In this document: positions 1 to 12,276 of the stretch, one piece after another
How positions within the stretch are numbered: position 1 is the stretch's first letter
Layout of the letters: each line of letters begins with the position of its first letter
NCBI GenBank assembly: GCA_043228905.1
Contig: JBHGNT010000017.1
Location: 14,942,001 to 15,006,000 of the forward strand
Reading direction: 5' to 3'
Length of the DNA: 64,000 nucleotides
From: Azolla caroliniana
Taxonomy: Eukaryota > Plantae > Polypodiophyta
Position numbers and translations under genes: made by a program
The notes under the pieces: generated by a model
The model's database searches: none
What the model saw: only the letters and a program-made list of their open reading frames with translations
What the model was told of the DNA's origin: nothing

Positions 1-474
1 GCACCGCTCGGGTCGAAGGGTTGAAGCACTTGTACGCCTTTTTCGTGGACAAGTATCCTATGAGGATACATTCTTCCGACTTCGCGTCGGGCTTCTCTCG
101 ACTTTCGTTCGGGATGCGTACATTCGCAATACTTCCGAACACCTTGAGGTGCGAGAGGATGGGCTTTCTTCCAACGAAGATCTCGTATGGAGTAAGCTCG
201 TGCATGCTATTTGTGCTGCATCGATTCATGAGATAGACGGCCGTGGATGCCGCTTCTACCCAATAGAAGTTCGGCATGTGCTTCTCACGCATCATGGCGC
301 GTGCTACCTCGAGTATTTGCCGATTCTTTCTCTCGGCTACTCCGTTTTGTTGGGGAGCGTGTCGGCATGAGAATTCTCTACGAATGCCTTCACCTTGGAG
401 GTAGGAGGTGAACTCGTCGGAGAAGTACTCCTTTCCTCCGTCCGATCGTAGGCATCGAATGTGCCGACCGGTTT

Positions 475-859
475 TGTAAAAGAAACGTGCGGAAGCAAGT
501 ATGAAGACCGAACAGAAGAGAGGAAACTCAGGTTTAATGGAGAGCTTGGGCTTACGCAATATACGCGGGAGAGACAGAGAGAGAAACACAAAAAACTATA
601 TTCAACAATAATACTCAATCTGTACATAAGACGTGCTCAGTGAACACTTTTATACAAGCCCTAGAAGGACTGACCGAAGTACTGACAGTACTTCAATGCT
701 CATCAAGAGCTCCTACACTAACTCCCAAATATATTCCTCACGGAATATCTTTCCTAACGACCTCCCGGTTTACGCACTCGGCCTAACCGATCGGTCCCAA
801 CCGATCTGATCCTCGGCTTCTTCAGCCAATCTGGCCGATGTTGAGCTTGTCTCTCAACA
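475..859 (-). repeat. 3' LTR of copia A
   Basis: tgtaaaag...tctcaaca; direct repeat of 5747-6131; adjacent PPT. Confidence 0.95.
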
Positions 860-3800
860 CTCCCCCTCAAGCTCAACTTGAGGCTCTTCGGGATCTTCAC
901 AACACCGGTTCCTCCTGGCTTCTCGCCTCGCTCGCGCTCCTCGACCTGTTCGACTCCGCGCGCTTCGACCCTTCCGGTCGGCTTGTCTGCTCATGCAGCC
1001 CTTATCAGCTCTTCTACTGTTGCGGTGTTGATGCTTCTCCTGCTGCCTTTTCTTCCGCTTGGGCCTCGGTTGATTCAGCGTATCTGAATCACACATCCGA
1101 ACCGACTCGGCTATCTCCGATCGGTTTTCGCTCTCGTCCGAGTGGGCTGTCTCCAACTCGTCTTCGGTCTTCTCGCCCTCGATGGCGTCATCTCCCTTAT
1201 GCGAGGTTGGCTTCGGCTCTTTCCTTCGGCTGCTCCCCTTCTGTCCGCTTTCAGACTTTTCCGTGGGTCCGCCCTCAGCTTCTTCAGCCGATCCGGAGTC
1301 GAACTCGACAACCGAGTCGGTGTCGCGGTGTCCACTCCTTTCCTGCTGCCTTGCTTGGTTGTTCGGGACTGTTCTCCCCCTCAAGCTCGGCACATTGAGG
1401 TGACGCAATCCGAGCGCACCTGAGAATTGCCGCAACTTGTCCAGACCAAGAGGCTTTGTGAAGATGTCGACAGTCTGCTGATCCGTCGGAATGTACTGAA
1501 GTTCGACTTCACCGGAAAGGACACGCTCACGGACGAAATGATAGTGCACCTCAATGTGCTTGGACCGTGCGTGAAAAACAGGGTTCTTCGCAAGCTGGAT
1601 GCTGCTGAGGTTGTCGCAGTAGATCGTCGTCGGATCTGACACCTCCTCTTGTAGGTCCTTAACTAGCCGCTTCAACCATACGGCTTCGCATGTCGCGATA
1701 GCCGCTCCTCGGTACTCAGCTTCGGTGCTCGACAGTGCAACTGTCCGCTGCTTCTTACTGCTCCACGCGATCGCGGCACTCCCGAGGGAGAACGCGTATC
1801 CAGACGTGGATCGGCGATCGGCGGCGTTGCCAGCCCAATCAGCATCGGTGTAGCCGACTAACTGCGTGGCTGCACCGGTCCGATATAGCAGTCCGCGGTC
1901 CTTAGTGCCGGTTACGTACCGAAGTACGTGTTGCACACACTGAAGGTGCTCCTCGGTAGGTCGCACCATGAACTGACTAATCACTCCGACCGGATAACTG
2001 AGGTCAGGTCGGGTGATGGTCAAGTATATGAGGCTACCGACAATTTGTCGGAACCTCGTCGGGTCGCATACCTTTCCCGTATTAGGACGAAGCTTGACGG
2101 TTCTGTCCAGAGGAGTCGAGATGGACTTACGGTCGGCCATCCCGAATTTGAAGAGCATACTCAACACGTAATGACGTTGGCTGATCAATTTGCCTTCGGG
2201 GGTACGGATCACTTCAATCCCGAGGAAGTAATGAAGGTCCCCTAGATCCTTCATGTCGAACGATGCTGCAAGCTGGAGCTTCACGCGGTCGAGTTCACCT
2301 AGGTCGGTCCCGATGATGACCAAGTCATCAACATACAGTAAAATAGTAACCGGTCCGAGTCGACCTTTCCGGATGAACAGGGAAGAGTCCGATTTTGACG
2401 TGACGAAGCCCATCCGACGCAGTTGTTGCGTGATCTTCGCATTCCAGGCACGCGGGGCTTGCTTCAGTCCGTAAAGGGACTTCTTCAGTCGGCATACTGC
2501 CGAGGAATTCGTTCCGGAGTGAAATCCGGGGGGCTGTACCATGTACACTTGTTCCTCAAGGTCACCTTGCAGGAACACATTCTTTACATCCATCTGATGT
2601 ACGTGCCACCCCTTGGCTGCGGCTACTGCGAGCAAAACACGGACGGTCATCATTTTCGCAACCGGCGCAAACGTCTCATCGTAGTCGATGCCGTGTTTCT
2701 ATGCGTAGCCCTTTGCCACTAGCCGAGCCTTGTACCGGTTGACCGAGCCATCGGTGTTGTACTTAACTTTGTACACCCATCTACACCCACTCGGCTTCAC
2801 ACCCTTCGGTGCGTCAACCAAGTCCCAGGTCTCGTTCTCCGCCAATGCGTGCATCTCTTCCTCCATCGCGGCACGCCAATTCGCGTCTTTAGCCGCTTCT
2901 ACGTAGCTCTCCGGCTCACGCACTTCCGCTACACGGGTCATGTATGCATAATGATGCGCCATGTACTCGTTGTATCCGAACCGCACAATTGGGTTCTTCT
3001 GGCGGGTAGATCGGCGTAATCTCACATTAGCCGATGTCGAGGCCTTCTCGGTCGACGCGGTCTTCACCTTTAAAGACCCGTCACCGGTTCCCTCGGAGTC
3101 GGACTCGCGTCGGTCTGACTCATTCCTTTCCGTGCCGGAATCCGACACCTTCTTCTTCCCTTTCTCTTTGCGTGTAAGCCGTCTCCTCGGCTTCCTGCGG
3201 GGGGAATGCACAGCCGAGTCTCCACTACTTGCCGGCTCTTCATTGGACTGGTCGTACCGACTCAGTCGTCCAATCGGTCCACTTAACCGGAGTGAAATCA
3301 GACACTCTTCGCGGGACTCGATTTCGGGCTCATCCGGAGGCATCTCGGCCTCGCTGACCTCATCATCAGAGCTCGTATTGGAGTCGGGGTTCCGAGTCGG
3401 GGGTAGGTACCAGGACGCGGACTCGTCAAACATAACGTCGCGGCTGACACGCGCTTGTTTGGTGCGAGGGTTATAGCACTTATAACCCTTCTGCTCGTCC
3501 GAGTAACCGACCAAGATGCACTTCTCGGCCTTTGTGTCCAGCTTCTTCCTCTTCACCTTCGGTACATGCACATACGCAATGCTACCGAACACCCTCAAGT
3601 GTCCCAAGTTCGGCTTCGTTCCGAAATATAGCTCGTGCGCCGACACTTTGTCTCTGATCCGGTTCTGGATGTATACCGCGGTCCTTACAGCCTCGGTCCA
3701 ATAGAACTTGGGCAAGCTCTTCTCCTCCAGCATTGCCCATGCCGCTTCCACAACTGACCGATTCTTTCTCTCGGCCACGCCGTTCTGCTCTGGCGTGTAT

Positions 3801-5662
3801 CTACAACTGAATTCGCGGCGAATTCCCATTTGTTGTAGATAACCGTTGAATTGACCGGAAAAGTACTCTTTCCCGCCATCCGACCGCAGATACTTGATCT
3901 TTCGTCCCATTTCCGTTTCCACAAAACCTTTGATGTCCCGGAAACAGTCGAAGACTTCACTCTTACTCTCAATGAGGTAGATCCAGGTGTGCCGCGTGTG
4001 GTCATCGATGAAGGAGACGAAATATCGGCTCCTGCCAAGACTAACGTTTTGTGCCTGCCCCCATACATCGGAGTGTATAAGGTCAAGCTTGTTCCAGCTC
4101 CGATTTCGCTCGTTGGGGAAAGGAAGTCGGTGTTGCTTCCCGAGCTGGCAGGCTTCACAAATTTTTGCCTTTCGGCCACTAAATTTGGGCAATCCGAAAA
4201 CTACCTGTTTCAATTGTAGATCTTGGAGCCGCTGGTAGTTGACGTGGCCTATCCGCTTGTGCCACAAGTCGATGTCCAACTCGGATTTTTGTCCCTTCAC
4301 GAACATTGCGGTGCTGCCGTCAGTGGAGTCGAGGATGAACATCCTCCCGTCTCTGCGCCCTTGCGCAATCACTCGGCCCTCTTCCTCAATGAAGCACCCG
4401 AGGTGTGTAAACCGAACCTCCATCCCTTGGTCGACGATCTGTCCGACCGAGACCAAGTTTTTCGTGATTGTCGGAACGTGCAGCACGTTCATGAGTTTCC
4501 CTTTCTGCCCGACATGGCTAAGGGGAACTTCTCCGACATTCGCGATCGGATGTGGAGTGTCGTCTCTTGTTGCGACTACTCCAGGTTGTATCGGTTTTTC
4601 AAGGTACGAGAACCACTCCTTATGGCTCGTCATGTGGTTTGACGCGCCGGAGTCTACGTACCACACCTCGTCCGATCTCGGGGTGGTCTACTTCATTGAG
4701 TTTGCTTTGTGTCTCGTCACGAAGACAGACCCTTCTCCGGCTCTCCCGGAGTCTTCGGCGTAGTGCGATCACTGCCGATTTCCCTTGTGGGTATGTCCGG
4801 AGCCGTTTCCGGAACCGGTTCTCTCCAAATCGGCGCGCTTCTTCCAGCACTCGCTTTCCCTGTGGCCTTTCTTGCCACAATACCAGCACTCCGCGGTGGC
4901 CTTCCCTTGCCGGTTCTCATTGCTTCGACTCCCCCTATTTCCGGAGGGTCCGGAGTTGCTGTTGGCATCACTTTGGTGCTTTCTTCCTTGATCTCGTCGG
5001 CCGCCTTCATTGCGCCCCGACTCGCCTCGTCCTCCACGTCCACGGGGCCTATCTCCCTCCGTGTACAGCATCTTTCTGTCGGTGTGCATGCTCGTCGATG
5101 CACCCGCGTGGTTCTCCTCTACCAGGAGCATCAACTGTAAGTCGAAAAAGGACGGCGTATTCTCCCGGGTACACACAGCTGTTCGGAACGCTCCAAACTT
5201 CGACGCTAAACCTCCGAGACATATCTAGACCATCTTGCTCTCCTCGATGTTCACCCCTATGGAGGCGAGGGAGTCGTAGATATCCTTGATCTTCGAGGTA
5301 TAGTCTGCCACCGACAAGTCGCGTTGTCGTAGGTTGCTCAACTCCTGTCGGAGCTGAAGCTTCCTGGTTGTGGTGCTCGCGGCGAAAAGCTTCTTCAGAT
5401 TTTCCCACGCACCCTTCGACGTATTTGCATCCCGAACATAGCTCAATAGTTGTTCGCCCACACACGACGCGAAGGAGTACAATACCCTGCTCGCCGATTG
5501 CTCCCACGACGGGAAGTCTCTGTGTGTCGATTCGGGTGTCGCGTCATTAGCTCCTTCGACATAACTCCAATAGCCGTGCCCAAACAGGTACTAGTGCATC
5601 TTGTAGGACCAAGACGCGTAGTTGGTTCTGTCGAGCTTCTCTGTTGGAAGCGAGCTCGCCAT
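854..5662 (-). pseudogene. Copia A gag-pol with several stops/frameshifts. Main open pieces are 2699-4666 (PR-IN) and 854-2653 (RT-RNase H plus C-terminal extension)
   Basis: Motifs WYVDSGAS, HSDVWG, EQNGVAER, LYGLKQAPRAW, YVDD, DADWAG, KHIEVHYHF. Confidence 0.93.
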
Positions 5663-5746
5663 GCCTCTATCCATCGTTCTTCTTATTCTTCTTCGTCAAG
5701 CTGTGTCGGCTGCAGAGAGGTTCTCAACCCTCGCGCTCTGATACCA

Positions 5747-6131
5747 TGTAAAAGAAACGTGTGGAAGCAAGTATGAAGACCGAACAGAAGAGAGGAAACT
5801 CAGGTTTAATGGAGAGCTTGGGCTTACGCAGTATACGCGAGAGAGACAGAGAGAGAAACACAAAAAACTATATTCTACAATAATACTCAATCTGTACATA
5901 AGACGTGCTCAGTGAACACTTTTATTCAAGCCCTAGAAGGACTGACCGAAGTACTGACAGTACTTCAATGCTCATCAAGAGCTCCTACACTAACTCCCAA
6001 ATATATTCCTCACGGAATATCTTTCCTAACGACCTCCCGGTTTACGCACTCGGCCTAACCGATCAGTCCCAACCGATCCGATCCTCGGCTTCTTCAGCCG
6101 ATCTGGCCGATGTTGAGCTTGTCTCTCAACA
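5747..6131 (-). repeat. 5' LTR of copia A
   Basis: Direct repeat of 475-859; adjacent PBS tggtatcagagc. Confidence 0.95.
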
Positions 6132-6683
6132 AGTTTCTTTCTCCACTTCGCTTTTGAGCCTTTGGAAGTGGGAGAGCACTTCGCTCTTCTTCTTCATCGG
6201 GTATATCCACGCGTAGCGCGAGTGGTCATCGATGAAGGTGACGTAGTAGCGACATCCGCCGAGCGTCGGCGTTTGAGCCGGTCCCCATACGTCCGAGTGG
6301 ATTATGTCAAGGAGGCCTTTGCTCGCGGAGCTCTCCTTCGGGAATGGGAGTCGATGTTGTTTTCCGAGTTGGCATGCTTCGCACACTCGGTCGACTCGTT
6401 TCGATTCGAAGGCCGGAAGTTCGATTACGACTCCCTTTGATTGCATTCCGCGAAGCCGTTGGAGGTTTACGTGGCCGATTCACTTGTGCACAACTCAATG
6501 TTTGTCTCGGTCTTGAGACCTTTGGTGTACATGGCCGATTTTACCTCGTTCGAGTCGAGGATGAACAAGTGACCATCTCTCCGTCCCTTGGTTATGAGTC
6601 AGCCGTCTTTCTCAATGAAGCAACCTTCATTGTTGAAGCGGACTTGCATGCCTTGCTCCACGATTTGGCCGACCGAGACCAAA

Positions 6684-7116
6684 TGTTACCGGCCGGCAAA
6701 GGACTCCAGAGTGTGAAACAGGGAGTTATTTAATTAGTAGGAATGGTTGTAAGTAAGCTATAAGTGTGGACGGATGGACCGGAATCGGTATGCCGTTCCG
6801 GATCCGGACCGATCCCGAACAGGTGCGGATGGCACCGTTTTGTAATACAGACCGGAAACCTATTTAAAGGCCCGAATACAATGTAATGAATAACGGTTAA
6901 TTAATAAAGCTTAGTGTTGTTATCTCTCTATGTTAATTGACGTTCTGCCTTCATTGTTATATCTTTCGCGTGTGATTATTAAAGACGATCATGCTAAGTA
7001 ACTTAATTAAGTCGGATTAATCGTTGAGTCTAATCCTGTTGCCGTAACACCCCTTTGGTGAAGTGTCTTCCGTAGACACCTTGTGTTAGGCCATTGTCCG
7101 GCCCTAAGAGTTAACA
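6684..7116 (+). repeat. 5' LTR of element C (433 bp)
   Basis: tgttaccgg...gagttaaca; repeated, split by E2, at 25027-29474. Confidence 0.92.
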
Positions 7117-7169
7117 TAGTTTTTGGTGACCACGATTCCTGTTTTTGCAGCGAACGACGGCACGGATGG

Positions 7170-8606
7170 ATGACTAGATCAACGCACGACCTGGTTACAG
7201 ATCGAACTCGACGCCTTGACGAAAGGCAAAGGAGACGTGAGGCTTTCCAGGAAGCGGCGCAGGAAATTAGAGCGGATCGCTCGTTTTCCAACGTAATCCG
7301 GAGAGTAGCGGAGGACTCCATCTGGTTACAGCAAACATCGCACCCGGACGACGGCAGCAGCCTAAGCAACCTCCGGGAAACCGAATCCCTTCTCCATGCA
7401 TTGGCAAACGGAGAAGGCGAAGTAGAAGCCTTTTCAGCGTATGAATCGGACTCCGAAGGGGAATACAGCGTGCACACGAACTACAATAGCAGCAAAGAAA
7501 CCCCGGGCGGACCGGAGGACGAAGGATCGGATACCTTACCGACACCGGAACCGGAAGTGCTAACGCTGGAACCCCCGGAACCAGCAGAGGAAGAGCGACC
7601 TCCAATACCGGAAGTCGAAGAGGAGAGGCCTCTGTCACCAAAAGAAGAGGAAAGACCACCGACACCAGAAACAAATCGGGAAAGACCACCGACGCCGGAG
7701 AAAATCCCGGAACGAGCACCAACACTGCCAGCCCGCGCACCGATACCGGACGACGACATGCCGTTCCAGTACTCCAAGTATAGAGATGATCCGGACGCGG
7801 AAGCTCATGTGCACGCCTTTGAACAGACCTGGGAAGCCAACCATGTGTCCCAGCGATTGACCCCGGATGAAGAGGAACGCTCTAAGATAACGGAATTTGG
7901 CGTCACATTGGAGGGACCGGCAGCAAGATGGCGCCGGACGCAGGACCCGTCTACCATCAACACCTTTGCAGATTTAAAAGCTAAATTCTTCCATTTTTTC
8001 CAAAAGGAGGTGGACCAGACCGTAATGGTAGGCTTATTTTATACCATCCGACTGGAGGCAGGGGAGAGCATTCCCCAGTTTGTCATCCGGTTTCAACAGA
8101 TGCATAGTCAGCTTGCCCGCGCACCCCCGGAGGAAGAATTACGGACTATATTCCTAAACGCGCTCCGGGAACCCCTACGAACGGTTTGCATGGTAATTGA
8201 ATTCTGCACAAGTACCATCGACCAGGCCATTGACTGGGTGAGAGAGATGGAAAAGACAAGCTCCTGGCTCACACTGGGAGCACTCCAACAGGCGTTATCG
8301 TCCGATGAAGACCTCCGGTTTCGGCAAGCAATACAGTGCACAACCTGCTTGAATTCCGGACACTCGGCTCTAGAATGCACTATGAGGACGCAATGTGTAA
8401 TCTGTCAATCCAAGGGCCATACGACGGATAGGTGCGAGTATAATCTATTGAACCGGCAAGCACCGCCCGTCCGACAAATTGAGCCACACAGCAGCCAGGA
8501 TGAAGAAGAGGAACGCTGGCGGCGAATGGACCGCGACCGACCGGCACAGGATGTCCGGTATGGCGATCGACGGGAGAATGATGTCCGGTACGTAGTGGGC
8601 ATTTAA
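7170..8606 (+). CDS. gag: Gypsy-type Gag of element C (retrotransposon gag domain plus two CCHC knuckles)
   Basis: DPDAEAHVHAFEQTW...LEGPAARW core; CTTCLNSGHSALEC and CVICQSKGHTTDRC; first ATG at 7170 within ORF 7083-8606. Confidence 0.8.
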   Translation: MTRSTHDLVTDRTRRLDERQRRREAFQEAAQEIRADRSFSNVIRRVAEDSIWLQQTSHPDDGSSLSNLRETESLLHALANGEGEVEAFSAYESDSEGEYSVHTNYNSSKETPGGPEDEGSDTLPTPEPEVLTLEPPEPAEEERPPIPEVEEERPLSPKEEERPPTPETNRERPPTPEKIPERAPTLPARAPIPDDDMPFQYSKYRDDPDAEAHVHAFEQTWEANHVSQRLTPDEEERSKITEFGVTLEGPAARWRRTQDPSTINTFADLKAKFFHFFQKEVDQTVMVGLFYTIRLEAGESIPQFVIRFQQMHSQLARAPPEEELRTIFLNALREPLRTVCMVIEFCTSTIDQAIDWVREMEKTSSWLTLGALQQALSSDEDLRFRQAIQCTTCLNSGHSALECTMRTQCVICQSKGHTTDRCEYNLLNRQAPPVRQIEPHSSQDEEEERWRRMDRDRPAQDVRYGDRRENDVRYVVGI

Positions 8607-11588
8607 AGCGCCACCACAAGACATAATGCTATTTTAGTACACGACGTGCACACACTCAAAAAAGGCGCCAGAATGCACAAAGAAAAACCACTGCGCGTGG
8701 AGACCCTTTACTTTCGCGAACCCAGGAGCACAGAAGCACCAAGGCGCTGCAAGATCATCAGACAAGAACCTACGCACAGAGAACCCCCGCCTTCTAAACT
8801 CTCTCTCTCTCAATCTCACTCTCATCACCATCCAACCTCGCCACCGCAATCCGACCTCGACACAGACATGGACCCGCAAACGCTGTCGGAAGCCGCCAAG
8901 ACATGGCTAAAGCAACACGGGCTCGAGGGCTTCTTGATGATGATGGAAGTACCGCCGCAGAAAGAAGCCGACAAGGTGATCAAAGAAATCGACACAGAGG
9001 TCATAACAACGGAGGCGATTCGAGCGTTAACAGGCCTTCCGGAGGGAGGCATACTCACGATTGACAATCCGACCCCGGAGCAACTCATCAGGTATTTTGG
9101 TGAGTACTCCCTAGCCAGCAAGGGCTACCGGACACTAGGCGGCGGAGATATGTTGTTCCGCGAGATTGCTCGTGTGCTCCACGAATACGGCCATGTGTAC
9201 CCTAGACCCCCTGTCATGCCGCTGAACCGGGTAGGGATGATCATCGCCACCTATGAAGGAATCAAGGTGGATTGGCCGGTATTGATCGCAGACGGGTTGT
9301 GTGCGGCGATCGAGATCGTCAGAGGCAAAGACGGCAAAGAAGGCTAGGACGGACGGAGGATATGGCACGCCGTAACGTAGTGGCTCACCTTGCTTATGCC
9401 ACCCGTCCAGCCCGTCCAGCCCAAGAAGCGAGGAAGAGTGGCGGACGGCACCCCAAAGACGGCTTCCAAAAGACAACAGTTGTTGGCCTCCAAGGCCACT
9501 AAGGGGAAGGCGGCGGACGCAGAACAGGCGGGAAAGGAGAGTGGCAGCCGGAAGCGGCCAACGGATGCGCAGGAGGAACCACCGGCACGGCCCGTAAAGG
9601 TTACACTCCGCCGACCGGTGAATAGAGAAGCGGACCCCTTGGCGGCAAAACTCAATGTCGGGACTCATGAAGAGGAAATAGAGGAGTAGCCTACGGAGCA
9701 CCTCCAGCGACGGTCATCGGCAAGGACCGTTGAGGCAACCGGGAAACGTTCGGACCCTCAAACGGAGGGAACACCGGCTCCCCATACTGAGACTCCCACG
9801 CCAAGGGAGGAACCGGCACCAGTGCGCATGGCACCGGAATCAAAAGCCCCAGCACCACCGGCAACACCGGCAAGTCCCATCCCGCCAGAGCCAGAAAGGT
9901 CAATGCAGCCTCCCTCGGCCAACCAAGAAGAAGCGCAAGGGGAACCAAGACAGCAGGGTGGTCCACGGGCTGAAACGTAATTGCAACTCGGCGCAATCAG
10001 GCGGGATCACCCATCTACAAGCAAGCCCATCTGTCAAAACTCCGTGCAAGCACAACAAGGCACCGGTAGCCTGTGGCTCCGGTGGATAGGCGAACAGATT
10101 GCCAAAGCAGTGGGGTATATTGAGGCGGAAGAAAGAGCGCAAAGCGAATGGTTGCTCGTCACAACCGAACAACTAGAGACGGCCCGGTCCAGAATCTGGT
10201 GCCTTGAAAAAGACTTGGATCAGGTCACGACAGAGATGGCCAAAATGGCCTTAACGGCAACACAGATCCAATCACCGGTGACTCCGGTAAGTGTACAGAA
10301 TAAAGAAACGGATCGACCTGTACATACCAATAAGACCCCGGCAACGGAAACTGTTCCGGCGAGAAATGCGGCGCAAGCCCAGGAACTTGCGGAATTGAGA
10401 GATGAACTTGCCGCACAAGAAGCGCTAAGGAGCCGTGAACAGGAATTGAAGACAGCGGCTGAAGCCGAATTAAAGAAGACTGCTGAGAACCTCCGCCGGG
10501 CAGAAGAGAGCCTCTGGAAAGGCCATCAAGCGTACGGTCGGCTAAGGGAGGAAAAAGACAAAGTGCTGCAGGAAAAGGACAAGCTATGGAAGACGGTGGA
10601 AACGGAAATTGAACGGCTAAAGGAAGAGCTCCGCCAGCAGAAGGACCGTGAGGACCGGGCCCGTCGACAGATCAACGCACGGCTCAAACAAAAGACAGAT
10701 GATTTTGAGCACCTGCACCGGGACTACAAACGGCTGGAAATGGAGCATAAGGAACGGATGGCCGAGCTCCAGCAGGAAGTTGATCGGGCCGCGACGGTGA
10801 TCACCGACGAACGTGCGGAAAATACAAGACGCTTGGACGAGGCGGAGAAGGTCCGGATGGAGCTCCAGAGGCAGCAGCAGGAAGAAAAGGAGAGAGCATC
10901 AACAGTATTGAAGAAATTACAAAGCACTTATCAAAGGCAATTGATGCATTACAAGGAGCAGGCGGAAGACAACATCAAAATCATCAAGCAACTGAAGGAG
11001 GAATGGCAAGCGGCGAAAACCAAATCGCAATTGGGAATGGGCCGGATTCAGTCCATCCTTCGGGCATGGCTGAATCAGACAAAACACTTGATTGACAAAA
11101 GCTCCGTAAGATGGTGGACAAAGTGGGCACAAAACGCGGTGTTGTGAAGATCCGTCACTACGCGCGGATCGTGAGGCGGAACCGACGGGGTTCTGGACCG
11201 GAAGGATTCAAAGTCGGTACAAGCTTTGGCGAGAAAGTACTTAAGATAGATTGGGAAAGAGAGAAGTTGAGATTAAACGATTGAGAGAGATTGATTGAAG
11301 TTTTATCTTTGGATTTAAGAAACAAGTTACACCATCAATTTGATAACGAATTTCTTCTTCTTAATTTCATAATAAAAAAATCGTGTTTTTTCTCCTCCCC
11401 CTTCCTTCTTTTATAGATGCTCTCATGCATATGATGCATGTGAGGGTACAAGACATGCATAAATTGCATGTTTGCCATTTGGCGCTTATGTATTACATGT
11501 GGTGCATGATAACCATGTCACTCATTTTAGCTTTCATGTATGAGAATTTACATGTAAAAGTACAATGATAGAAATATAATTTCAACTA

Positions 11589-11662
11589 GATAGCATGGCT
11601 TAGTGGTAAGCCAATTGACTCCTAACTTGGAGGTGCAAGGTTCGAATCCTTACTTGCCCTCC
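11589..11662 (+). promoter_or_regulatory. tRNA-like Pol III A/B-box cassette in the D LTR (second copy at 18403-18476)
   Basis: A-box TGGCTTAGTGG at 11596-11606 and B-box GGTTCGAATCC at 11639-11649, with tRNA-like spacing; no intact cloverleaf. Confidence 0.7.
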
Positions 11663-12276
11663 TTGTATATGTATATATATTTATATATTTATTTATCTAG
11701 TCGCCGGACGCCGGTTCGTCTGATGCCATCGGTTACAGGTGCCTCACCGGATGCCGCCAAATGCCGTCGGTTATCGGTGCCCCGCCGGATGCCGGATCAC
11801 TGGCTCCATCGCCGGTCCGATTTTGGTTGGCCAAAACCCTTTACAAGTAGTTAACCCACCTCCACTCTTAGTTCAAGTTACCTTGAACTCTCTATGCTCC
11901 ACACATAGACACAAAGATAATATCTTTTGCTCTACCTTATATATGATGAGAGCCGTATTTGTCGTGCCTATGTGGGATATCTCACAATTTTCTCTTTTCC
12001 TTTCACAAACTTTATACCCTCATATCTTGACATTTAGTTGTCCGTTTCTCGTGTAATAAAGTGCATTCGAAACCTCCATCATTTTGTACTTAGATATTAA
12101 ATTTATTTAAAATGTTATCTTCACAATTATTGTATTATGTGATTCATACTCGATTTCGTACGTTTTATGGGATTTTCACACTATTGCCGAAAATCTTCAC
12201 GACATCCACCCCCACCAAACCGCACGTCCTCCGGTACGTGCCAAGAAGAGAGAAAGTGAGATTTCGGCTACGATGA

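Larger units (their letters stand above)
475..6131 (-). mobile_element. Full-length Ty1/copia retrotransposon A (defective)
   Basis: Two near-identical 385-bp LTRs; PBS-Met at 5731-5746; PPT at 860-877; 5-bp TSD ggttt/agttt (1 mismatch); gag-PR-IN-RT-RH order. Confidence 0.95.

Noticed and set aside
838-5776. Many antisense and alternate-frame ORFs over the retroelement pol genes and over TZF
   Set aside because: Shadow ORFs of GC-rich coding sequence with no recognisable domains
8868-11147. Envelope gene in element C
   Set aside because: No signal peptide or transmembrane segment; the protein is hydrophilic and coiled-coil
11589-11662. Functional tRNA gene
   Set aside because: The acceptor and anticodon stems do not pair; only the A/B boxes and T-arm are retained
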